64,000 nucleotides of DNA from contig OZ024740.1 in assembly GCA_964016885.1 (NCBI GenBank), positions 2,666,001 to 2,730,000 on the forward strand, written 5' to 3'. The translations under genes were made by a program, and so were the position numbers. The notes under the pieces were generated by a model, which was not told the origin of the DNA, made no database searches, and saw only the letters and a list, made by a program, of their open reading frames with translations. Source of the DNA: Eledone cirrhosa. Taxonomy: Eukaryota. Below, in pieces: positions 40,786-52,900 of this stretch (within the stretch, counting starts at the first letter, position 1; each line of letters opens with the position of its first letter).

Positions 40786-43700
40786 AGAATGTTAGTGTTG
40801 TTAGAACATCCGATAGAATGGTAGAGTTGTTAGAACGTCAGATAGAATGGTAGAGTTGTTAGAACGTCAGATAGAATGGCAGTGTTGTTAGAACGTCAGG
40901 TAGAATGTTAGAGTTGTTAGAACGTGTGATAGAATGACGGACGTTAGAAGGTCAGAGAGAATGGTAGAGTGGTTAGAACGTCAGGTACAATAGTAGAGTT
41001 GTTAGAACGTCATATAGAATGGTAGAGATGTTACAACGTCAGATAGAATGGTGGAGTTGTTAGAACGTCAAGTAGAATAGGAGACCGGTTAGAACGTCAG
41101 ATAGTACGGTAGAGTGGTTTGAACTTCAGATAGAATGGTAGAGTTGTTAGAAGGTCAGATAGAATGGAAGAGTTGTTAGAAGGTCGTATAGAATCGAAGA
41201 GTTGTTAGAAGGTCAGATAGAATGGCAGAGTTGTTAGAACGTGTGACAGAATGGCAGAGTTGTTAGAACGTTAGATAGAATGGTAGAGTTGTTAGAACGT
41301 CAGATAGAATGGCAGTGTTGTTAGAACGTCAGATAGAATGGTGGAGTTGTTAGAACGTCAAGTAGAATAGTAGACTGGTTAAATGGTCAGATAGAACGGT
41401 AGAGTGGTTAGAACGTCAGATAGAATGGTAGAATTGTTAGAACGTCAGATAGAATGGAAGAGTGCTTGAAGATTAGATAGAATGGTAGAGTGGTTATAAC
41501 GTGTGCTAGAATAGCACAGTTGTTAGAACGTCAGATAGGATAGTAGAGTGATTAGAACGCCAGGTAGAATGTTAGTGTTGTTAGAACGTGTGATAGAATG
41601 GCAGAGTTGTTAGAACGTCAGGTAGGATGGTAGAGTTGTTAGAACTTCAGATAGAATGGTAGAATTGTTAGAACGTCAGATAGAATGGTAGAGTGGTTAG
41701 AACCTCAGGTAGAATGTTAGTGTTGTAGAACGTGTTATAGAATGCCAGACGTTAGAAGGCCAGATAGAAGAGCAGACGGTAGAACGTAAGAGAGAATGGT
41801 AGAGTGGTTAGAACGTCAAGTAGAATAGTTGAATTGTTAGAATGGTAGAGTGGTTAGAACGTCAGATAGAATGGTAGAGTTGTTAGAACCTCAGATAGAA
41901 TGGAAGATTGTTAGAAGGTCAGATAGAATGGTAGAATTGTTAGAATGTCAGATAGAAAGGGAGTGTGGTTAGAACGTCAGATGGAATCGTAGTGTTGTTA
42001 GAACGTCAGATGGAATGATAGAGTGGTTAGAACATCAGATAGAATGGTAGGGTTGTTAGAACGTCAGATAGAATGGTAGAGTGGTTAGAACATCAGATAG
42101 AATGGTATAGTTGTTAGAACGTCAGATAGGATAGTACAGTGGTAGAATGTCAGATAGAGTGGTAGAGTGGATAGAACGTCAGATAGAATGGTAGAGTTGT
42201 TTCAACGTCAGATAGAATGGAAGAGTTGTTAGAACGTCATATAGAATGACAGACCTTAGAAAGTCAGATAGAATGGCAGACGTTAGAACGTCAGGTAGAA
42301 TAGTAGAGTTGTTAGAACGTCAGATAGGATAGTATAGTGGTTAGAACGTCAGATAGAATGGCAGTGTTGTTAGAACGTCAGGTAGAATGTTAGAGTTGTT
42401 AGAACGTGTGATAGAATGACAGACGTTAGAATGTTAGATAGAATGGCAGACGTTAGAACGTCAGATAGAATGGTATAGTTATTAGAACGTCAGATAGAAT
42501 GGTAGAGTGGTGAGAACGTCAGATAGAAGTGTAGAGTGGTTAGAACGTCAGATAGAATGGTAGAGTGTTTAGAACGTCAGATAGAATGGTAGAGTGATTA
42601 GAACGTCAGATAGAATGGTAGAGTTGTTAGAACGTCAGATAGAATAGTAAAGTGGTTAGAACGTCAGATAGAATGGTGGAGTGATTAGAACATCAGATAG
42701 AATGGTAGAGTTGTTAGAATGACAGATAGAATGTTAGAGATGTTAGAACGTCAGGTAGAATGGTAGAGTTGTTAGAACGTCAGTTAGGATAATAGAGTGG
42801 TAGAACGTCAGGTAGAATGGTAGAGTTGTTAGAACGTCAGTTAGGATAGTAGAGTGGTAGAACGTCAGATAGAATGATAGAGTGGTTAGAACGTCACTCA
42901 GAATGACACACGTCAGATAGAATGGTAGAGTGGCTAGAACGTCAGATAGAATGGTATAGTTGTTAGAACGGCAGATAGAATGGTAGAGTTGTTAGAACGT
43001 CAAGTAGAATAGTAGACTGGTTAGAACGTCAGATAGAATGGTAGAGTGGTTAGAACGTCAGATAGAATGGTAGAGATGTTAGAACTTCAGGTAGAATGGT
43101 AGACTTTTTAGAACATCAGATAGATTGGTAGAGATGTTAGAACGTCAGGTAGAATGGTAGAGTTTTTAGAACGTCAGATAGGATAGTAGAGTGGTTAGAA
43201 CGTCGGATAGGAGAGTAGAGTTGTTTCAACGTCAGATAGACTGGTAGAGTGGTTAGAAAGTCAATTAGAATGACAGACCTTATAACAAAAGTTAGAATGG
43301 CAGACGTTAGAAGGTGAGATAGGATAGTAGAGTGGTTAGAACATAAGATAGAATGGTAAATTTGTTAGAACTTCAGATAGAATGGTAGAGTGGTTAGATC
43401 GTCAGTTAGAATGGTAGAGTTGTTAGAACGTCAGGTAGAATGGCAGAGTGTTTAGAACGTCAGATAGAAATGTAGAGTGGTTAGAACGTCAGATAGAATA
43501 GTATAGGTGTTAGAACGTCAGATAGAATGGTAGAGTGGTTAGAATGTCAGATAGAATGGTGGAGTTGTTAGAACGTCAAGTAGAATAGTAGACTGGTTAG
43601 AACGTCAGATAGAATGGTAGAGTGGTTAGAACGTCAGATGGAATGTTAGAGTTGCTAGAATGTCAGATAGAATGGTAGAGATGTTAGAACGTCAGATAGA

Positions 43701-46700
43701 ATGGTGGAGTTGTTAGAATGTCAAGTAGGATAGTAGACTGGTTAGAACGTCAGATAGAATGGTAGGGTGGTCAGAACGTCAGATAGAATGGTAGAGTTGT
43801 TAGAACGTCAGATAGAATGGTAAAGATGTTAGAACGTCAGGTAGAATGGTAGAGTTTTTAGAAAGTCAGATAGAATGGTAGAGTGGTTAGAAGATCCGAT
43901 AGAATGGTAGAGTTGTTAGAACGTCAGATAGACTGGTAGAGATGTTAGAACGTCAGGTAGAACGGTAGAGTTGTTTCAACGTCAGATAGAGTGGTAGAGT
44001 GGTTAGAACGTCAGATAGAATGACAGACCTTAGAACGTCAGATAGAATGGCAGATGTTAAAAGGTCAGATAGAATTGTACAGTGGTTACAACGTCAGATA
44101 GAATAGAGAGTGGTTAGAACGTCAGGTAGAATAGTAGAGTTGTTAGAATGTCAGATAAAAGGTTAGAGATATTAGAACGTCAGGTAGAATGATAGAGATT
44201 TTAGAACGTCAGATAGGATAGTAGAGTGGTAGAACGTCAGATAGAATGGTAGAGTTGTTAGAACGTCAGATAAAACGGTAGATTGGTTAGAACGTCACAT
44301 AGAATTGTAGAGTTGTTAGAACGTCAGATAGAATGACAGACGTTAGAAGGTTAGATAGAATGGCAGACGTTATAACGGCATAGGGATTGGTAGAGTGGTT
44401 TGAACGTCACGGGGAATAGTGTCACAGGTAGAATAGTAGAGTTGTTAGAACGTGAGATAGAATGGTAGAGTGGTTAGAACGTCAGATAGAATGGTAGAGT
44501 GTTTATAACGTCAGATAAAATGTTAGAGTTGTTAGAAAGTCAGATAGAATAGTAGACGTTAGAACGTCAGATAGAATGGTAGTGTGGTTTGAAGGTCAGA
44601 TAGAATGGTAGAGTTGTTTCAACATCAGATAGAATGGTAGAGTTGTTAGAACGTAAGATAGAATGACTGACGTTAGAACGTCAGATAGAATGGTAGAGTG
44701 GTTAGAACGTCAGATAGAATGGTAGAGTTGTTAGAACGTCAGATCGAATGGTAGAGTGGTTAGAACCTCAGATAGAATGGTAGAGTTGTTAGAACGTCAG
44801 GTAGAATGTTAGAGTTGTTTGAACGTGTGATAGAATGGCATAGTTGTTAGAACGTCAGATAGAATGGTAGAGTGGTTAGAACGTCAAGTAGAATAGCAGA
44901 GTGGTTAGAACGTCAGATAGAATGGTAGAGTGGTTAGAACGTCAGATAGAATGTTAGAGTTGTTTCAACGTCAGATAGAATGACAGACCTTAGAACGTTA
45001 GATAGAATGGCAGACGTTAGAACGTCAGATAGAATTGTAGAGTGGTTAGAACGTCAGATAGAATGGGAGAGTGGTTAGAACGTTAGATAGAATAGTATAG
45101 TTATTAGAACGTCAGATAGAATGATAGAGTTGTTAGAAAGTGAGATAGAATAGTAGAGTTGTTAGAACGTCAGATAGTGTGGTAGAGTTGTTAGAACGTC
45201 AGAGAGAATGGTAAAGTTGTTAGAACGCCAGATAGAATGTTATAGTGGTTAGAACATCAGATAGAATGGTAGAGTTGTTAGAACGTCAGATAGAATGGTA
45301 AAGATGTTAGAACGTCAGATAGAATGGTGGAGTTGTTAGAACGTCAAGTAGAATAGTAGACTGGTTAGAACGTCAGATAGAATGGTAGAGTGGTAAGAAC
45401 GTTACATAGAATGGTAGAGTAACTAGAACGTCAGATAAAATGACAGACGTTAGAAGGTCAGATAATATGACAGACGTTAGAACGTCAGAGAGAATGGTAG
45501 AGTGGTGTGAACGTCAGGTAGAATAGTAGAGTGGTTATAACGTCAGGTAGAATAGTAGAGTTGTTAGAATGTCCGATAGAATGGCAGACGTCAGAACGTC
45601 AGATAGAATGTTAGAGTGGTTAGAACGTCAGTTAGAATGGTAGAGTGTTTAGAACGTCAGTTAGAATAGTAGAGTGGTTAGAACGTAAGATATAATGTTA
45701 GAGTCGTTAGAACGCCAGAGAGAATAGCAGAGTGTTTAGAACGTCAGATCGAAAGGTAGAGATGTTAGAACGTCAGATAGAATGGTATAGTTGTTAGAAC
45801 GTCAGATAGAATGCTAGAGTGGTTAGAACGTTAGATAGAATTGTAGAGATGTTAGAACGTCGGATAGAATGCTGGAGTTGTTAGAACGTCAAGTAGAATA
45901 GTAGACTGGTTAGAACGTCAGATAGAATGGTAGAGTGGTTAGAACGTCAGATAGAATGGTAGAGTGGTTAGAACGTCAGATAGAATGGTAGAGATGTTAG
46001 AACGTCAGGGAGAATGGTAGAGTTTTTAGAACGTCAGGTAGGATAGTAGAGTGGTTAGAACGTCAGATAGAATGGTAGAGTTGTTTCAACGTCAGATAGA
46101 ATGACAGACCTTAGAACGTCAGATAGAATGGCAGACGTTAAAAGGTCAGATAGAATGGTACAGTGGTTACAACGTCAGATAGAATGGTAGAGTGGTTAGA
46201 ACATCAGATAGAATGGTAGAGTTGTTAGAATGTAAGATAGAATGGTAGAGATGTTAGAACGTCAGGTAGAATGGTAGAGTTTTTAGAACGTCAGATAGGA
46301 TAGTAGAGTGGTTAGAACGTCAGATAGAATGGTAGAGTTGTTTCAACGTCAGATAGAATGACAGACCTTAGAACGTCAGATAGAATGGCAGACGTTAAAA
46401 GGTCAGATAGAATTGTACAGTGGATACAACGTCAGATAGAATAGTAGAGTGGTTAGAACGTCAGATAGAATGGTAGAGTGGTTAGAACGTCAGATAGAAT
46501 GGTAGAGATGTTAGAACGTCAGGTAGAATGGTAGAGTTTTTAGAACGTCAGATAGAATGGTAGACTGGTTAGAACATGAGATAGAATGGTAGAGTTGTTA
46601 GAATGTAAGATAGACTGGTAGAGATGTTAGAACGTCAGGTAGAATGGTAGAGTTTTTAGAACGTCAGGTAGGATAGTAGAGTGGTTAGAACGTCAGATAG

Positions 46701-46920
46701 AATGGTAGAGTTGTTTCAACGTCAGATAGAATGACAGACCTTAGAACGTCAGATAGAATGGCAGACGTTAAAAGGTCAGATAGAATGGTACAGTGGTTAC
46801 AACGTCAGATAGAATAGTAGAGTGGTTAGAACGTCAGATAGAATGGTAGAGTGGTTAGAACTTCACATAGAATGGTAGAGTTGTTAAAACGTTAGATAAA
46901 ATGGCAGGCGTTAGAACGTC

Positions 46921-49900
46921 ATAGGGATTGGTAGAGTGGTTTGGACGTCACGGAGAATAGTGTCAGGTAGAATAGTAGAGTTGTTAGAACGTTAGATAGA
47001 ATGGTAGAGTAGTTAGAACGTCAGATAGAATGGTAGAGTGTTAATAACGTCAGATAAAATGTTAGAGTTGTTAGAAAGTCAGATAGAATGACAGACGTTA
47101 GAACGTCAGATAGAATGGTAGAGTTGTTTCAACGTCAGATAGAATGGTATAGTTGTTAGAACGTAAGATAGAATAACAGACGTTAGAACGTCAGTTAGAA
47201 TGGTAGAGTGGTTAGAACGTCAGATAGAATGGTAGAATTGTTAGAACGTCAGATAGAATGGTAGAGTAGTTAGAACGTCAGATAGAATGACAGAGTTGTT
47301 TGAACGTGTGATAGAATGGCAGAGTTGTTAGAACGTCAGATAGAATGGTAGAGTGGTTAGAACGTCAAGTAGAATAGTAGAATGGTTAGAACGTCAGATA
47401 GAATGGTAGAGTGGTTAGAACGTCAGATAGAATTTTAGAGTTGTTTGAACGTCAGATAGAATGACAGATCTTAGAACGTCAGATAGAATGTGGACGTTAG
47501 AACGTCAGATAGAATTGTAGAGTGGTTAGAACGTCAGATAGAATGGGAGAGTGGTTAGAACGTGAGATAGAATAGTATAGTTATTAGAACGTCAGATAGA
47601 ATGATGGAGTTGTTAGAAAGTGAGATAGAATAGTAGAGTTGTTAGAACGTCAGATAGTATGGTAGAGTTGTCAGAACGTCAGAGAGAATGGTATAGTTGT
47701 TAGAACGCCAGATAGAATGTTATAGTGGTTAGAACATCAGATTGAATGGTAGAGTTGTTAGAACGTCAGATAGAAGTGTTGAGTGGTTAGAATGTCAGAT
47801 AGAATGGTGGAGATGTTAGAACGTCAAGTAGAATAGTAGACTGGTTAGAACGTCAGATAGAATGGTAGAGTGGTTAGAACGTCAGATAGAATGGTAGAGT
47901 GGTTAGAACGTCAGATAGAATGGTAGAGATGTTAGAACGTCAGGTAGAATGGTAGAGTTTTTAGAACGTCAGATAGAATGGTAGAGTGGTTAGAACATCA
48001 GATAGAATGGTAAAGTTGTTAGAATGTAAGATAGAATGGTAGAGATGTTAGAACGTCAGGTAGAATGGTAGAGTTTTTAGAACGTCAGATAGGATAGTAG
48101 AGTGGTTAGAACGTCAGATAGAATGGTAGAGTTGTTTCAACGTCAGTTAGAATGACAGACCTTAGAACGTCAGATAGAATGGCAGACGTTAAAAGGTCAG
48201 ATAGAATTGTACAGTGGATACAACGTCAGATAGAAGAGTAGAGTGGTTAGAACGTCAGATAGAATGGTAGAGTGGTTAGAACGTCAGATAGAATGGTAGA
48301 GATGTTAGAACGTCAGGTAGAATGGTAGAGTTTTTAGAACGTCAGATAGAATGGTAGAGTGGTTAGAACATCAAATAGAATGGTAGAGTTGTTAGAATGT
48401 AAGATAGACTGGTAGAGATGTTAGAACGTCAGGTAGAATGGTAGAGTTTTTAGAACGTCAGGTAGGATAGTAGAGTGGTTAGAACGTCAGATAGAATGGT
48501 AGAGTTGTTTCAACGTCAGATAGAATGACAGACCTTAGAACGTCAGATAGAATGGCAGACGTTAAAAGGTCAGATAGAATTGTACAGTTGATACAACGTC
48601 AGATAGAATAGTAGAGTGGTTAGAACGTCAGATAGAATGGTAGAGTGGTTAGAACGTCTCATAGAAGGTTAGAGATGTTAGAACGTCAGATAGAATGGTA
48701 TAGTTGTTAGAACGTCAGATAGAATGGTAGAGTTGTTAGAACGTTAGATAGAATGGTAGAGATATTAGAACGTCAGGTAGAATGGTGGAGTTGTTAGAAC
48801 GTCAAGTAGGATAGTAGACTGGTTAGAACGTCAGATAGAATGGTAGAGTGGTTATAACGTCAGATAGAATGGTAGAGTTGTTAGAACGTCAGATAGAATG
48901 GTAGAGATGTTAGAACGTCAGGTAGAATGGTAGAGTTTTTAGAACGTCAGATACGATAGTAGAGTTGTTTCAACGTCAGATAGAGTGGTAGAGTGGTTAG
49001 AACGTCAGATAGAATGACAGACCTTAGAACGTCAGATAGAATGGCAGACGTTAAAAGGTCAGATAGAATGGTACAGTGGTTACAACGTCAGATAGAATAG
49101 TAGAGTGGTTAGAACGTCAGATAGAATGGTAGAGTGGTTAGAACTTCACATAGAATGGTAGAGTTGTTAAAACGTTAGATAAAATGGCAGGCGTTAGAAC
49201 GTCATAGGGATTGGTAGAGTGGTTTGGACGTCACGGAGAATAGTGTCAGGTAGAATAGTAGAGTTGTTAGAACGTTAGATAGAATGGTAGAGTAGTTAGA
49301 ACGTCAGATAGAATGGTAGAGTGTTAATAACGTCAGATAAAATGTTAGAGTTGTTAGAAAGTCAGATAGAATGGCAGACGTTAGAACGTCAGATAGAATG
49401 GTAGAGTTGTTTCAACGTCAGATAGAATGGTATAGTTGTTAGAACGTAAGATAGAATAACAGACGTTAGAACGTCAGTTAGAATGGTAGAGTGGTTAGAA
49501 CGTCAGATAGAATGGTAGAATTGTTAGAACGTCAGATAGAATGGTAGAGTAGTTAGAACGTCAGATAGAATGACAGAGTTGTTTGAACGTGTGATAGAAT
49601 GGCAGAGTTGTTAGAACGTCAGATAGAATGGTAGAGTGGTTAGAACGTCAAGTAGAATAGTAGAATGGTTAGAACGTCAGATAGAATGGTAGAGTGGTTA
49701 GAACGTCAGATAGAATTTTAGAGTTGTTTGAACGTCAGATAGAATGACAGACCTTAGAACGTCAGATAGAATGTGGACGTTAGAACGTCAGATAGAATTG
49801 TAGAGTGGTTAGAACGTCAGATAGAATGGGAGAGTGGTTAGAACGTGAGATAGAATAGTATAGTTATTAGAACGTCAGATAGAATGATGGAGTTGTTAGA

Positions 49901-52900
49901 AAGTGAGATAGAATAGTAGAGTTGTTAGAACGTCAGATAGTATGGTAGAGTTGTCAGAACGTCAGAGAGAATGGTATAGTTGTTAGAACGCCAGATAGAA
50001 TGTTATAGTGGTTAGAACATCAGATTGAATGGTAGAGTTGTTAGAACGTCAGATAGAAGTGTTGAGTGGTTAGAATGTCAGATAGAATGGTGGAGATGTT
50101 TGAACGTCAAGTAGAATAGTAGACTGGTTAGAACGTCAGATAGAATGGTAGAGTGGTTAGAACGTCAGATAGAATGGTAGAGTGGTTAGAACGTCAGATA
50201 GAATGGTAGAGATGTTAGAACGTCAGGTAGAATGGTAGAGTTTTTAGAACGTCAGATAGAATGGTAGAGTGGTTAGAACATCAGATAGAATGGTAAAGTT
50301 GTTAGAATGTAAGATAGAATGGTAGAGATGTTAGAACGTCAGGTAGAATGGTAGAGTTTTTAGAACGTCAGATAGGATAGTAGAGTGGTTAGAACGTCAG
50401 ATAGAATGGTAGAGTTGTTTCAACGTCAGTTAGAATGACAGACCTTAGAACGTCAGATAGAATGGCAGACGTTAAAAGGTCAGATAGAATTGTACAGTGG
50501 ATACAACGTCAGATAGAAGAGTAGAGTGGTTAGAACGTCAGATAGAATGGTAGAGTGGTTAGAACGTCAGATAGAATGGTAGAGATGTTAGAACGTCAGG
50601 TAGAATGGTAGAGTTTTTAGAACGTCAGATAGAATGGTAGAGTGGTTAGAACATCAAATAGAATGGTAGAGTTGTTAGAATGTAAGATAGACTGGTAGAG
50701 ATGTTAGAACGTCAGGTAGAATGGTAGAGTTTTTAGAACGTCAGGTAGGATAGTAGAGTGGTTAGAACGTCAGATAGTATGGTAGAGTTGTTTCAACGTC
50801 AGATAGAATGACAGACCTTAGAACGTCAGATAGAATGGCAGACGTTAAAAGGTCAGATAGAATTGTACAGTTGATACAACGTCAGATAGAATAGTAGAGT
50901 GGTTAGAACGTCAGATAGAATGGTAGAGTGGTTAGAACGTCTCATAGAAGGTTAGAGATGTTAGAACGTCAGATAGAATGGTATAGTTGTTAGAACGTCA
51001 GATAGAATGGTAGAGTTGTTAGAACGTTAGATAGAATGGTAGAGATATTAGAACGTCAGGTAGAATGGTGGAGTTGTTAGAACGTCAAGTAGGATAGTAG
51101 ACTGGTTAGAACGTCAGATAGAATGGTAGAGTGGTTATAACGTCAGATAGAATGGTAGAGTTGTTAGAACGTCAGATAGAATGGTAGAGATGTTAGAACG
51201 TCAGGTAGAATGGTAGAGTTTCTAGAACGTCAGATACGATAGTAGAGTTGTTTCAACGTCAGATAGAGTGGTAGAGTGGTTAGAACGTCAGATAGAATGA
51301 CAGACCTTAGAACGTCAGATAGAATGGCAGACGTTAAAAGGTCAGATAGAATGGTACAGTGGTTACAACGTCAGATAGAATAGTAGAGTGATTAGAACGT
51401 CAGATAGAATGGTAGAGTGGTTAGAACTTCACATAGAATGGTAGAGTTGTTAAAACGTTAGATAGAATGGCAGGCGTTAGAAAGTCATAGGGATTGGTAG
51501 AGTGGTTTGAACGTCACGGAGATTAGTGTCAGGTAGAATAGTAGAGTTGTTAGAACGTGAGATAGAATGGTAGAGTAGTTAGAACGTCAGATAGAATGGT
51601 AGAGTGGTTAGAACGTCAGATAGAATGGTAGAGATGTTAGAACGTCAGGGAGAATGGTAGAGTTTTTAGAACGTCAGATAGAATGGTAGAGTGGTTAGAA
51701 CATCAGATAGAATGGTAGAGTTGTTAGAATGTAAGATAGAATGGTAGAGATGTTAGAACGTCAGGTAGAATGGTAGAGTTTTTAGAACGTCAGATAGGAT
51801 AGTAGAGTGGTTAGAACGTCAGATAGAATGGTAGAGTTGTTTCAACGTCAGATAGAATGACAGACCTTAGAACGTCAGATAGAATGGCAGACGTTAAAAG
51901 GTCAGATAGAATTGTACAGTGGATACAACGTCAGATAGAATAGTAGAGTGGTTAGAACGTCAGATAGAATGGTAGAGTGGTTAGAACGTCAGATAGAATG
52001 GTAGAGATGTTAGAACGTCAGGTAGAATGGTAGAGTTTTTAGAACGTCAGATAGAATGGTAGACTGGTTAGAACATGAGATAGAATGGTAGAGTTGTTAG
52101 AATGTAAGATAGACTGGTAGAGATGTTAGAACGTCAGGTAGAATGGTAGAGTTTTTAGAACGTCAGGTAGGATAGTAGAGTGGTTAGAACGTCAGATAGA
52201 ATGGTAGAGTTGTTTCAACGTCAGATAGAATGACAGACCTTAGAACGTCAGATAGAATGGCAGACGTTAAAAGGTCAGATAGAATGGTACAGTGGTTACA
52301 ACGTCAGATAGAATAGTAGAGTGGTTAGAACGTCAGATAGAATGGTAGAGTGGTTAGAACTTCACATAGAATGGTAGAGTTGTTAAAACGTTAGATAAAA
52401 TGTTAGGCGTTAGAACGTCATAGGGATTGGTAGAGTGGTTTGGACGTCACGGAGAATAGTGTCAGGTAGAATAGTAGAGTTGTTAGAACGTTAGATAGAA
52501 TGGTAGAGTAGTTAGAACGTCAGATAGAATGGTAGAGTGTTAATAACGTCAGATAAAATGTTAGAGTTGTTAGAAAGTCAGATAGAATGGCAGACGTTAG
52601 AACGTCAGATAGAATGGTAGAGTTGTTTCAACGTCAGATAGAATGGTATAGTTGTTAGAACGTAAGATAGAATAACAGACGTTAGAACGTCAGTTAGAAT
52701 GGTAGAGTGGTTAGAACGTCAGATAGAATGGTAGAATTGTTAGAACGTCAGATAGAATGGTAGAGTAGTTAGAACGTCAGATAGAATGACAGAGTTGTTT
52801 GAACGTGTGATAGAATGGCAGAGTTGTTAGAACGTCAGATAGAATGGTAGAGTGGTTAGAACGTCAAGTAGAATAGTAGAATGGTTAGAACGTCAGATAG

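Noticed and set aside
42890-42915. Small hairpin GTCA-CTCAGAA-TGAC as a regulatory or terminator element
   Set aside because: A 4-bp stem in one degenerate monomer is expected by chance.
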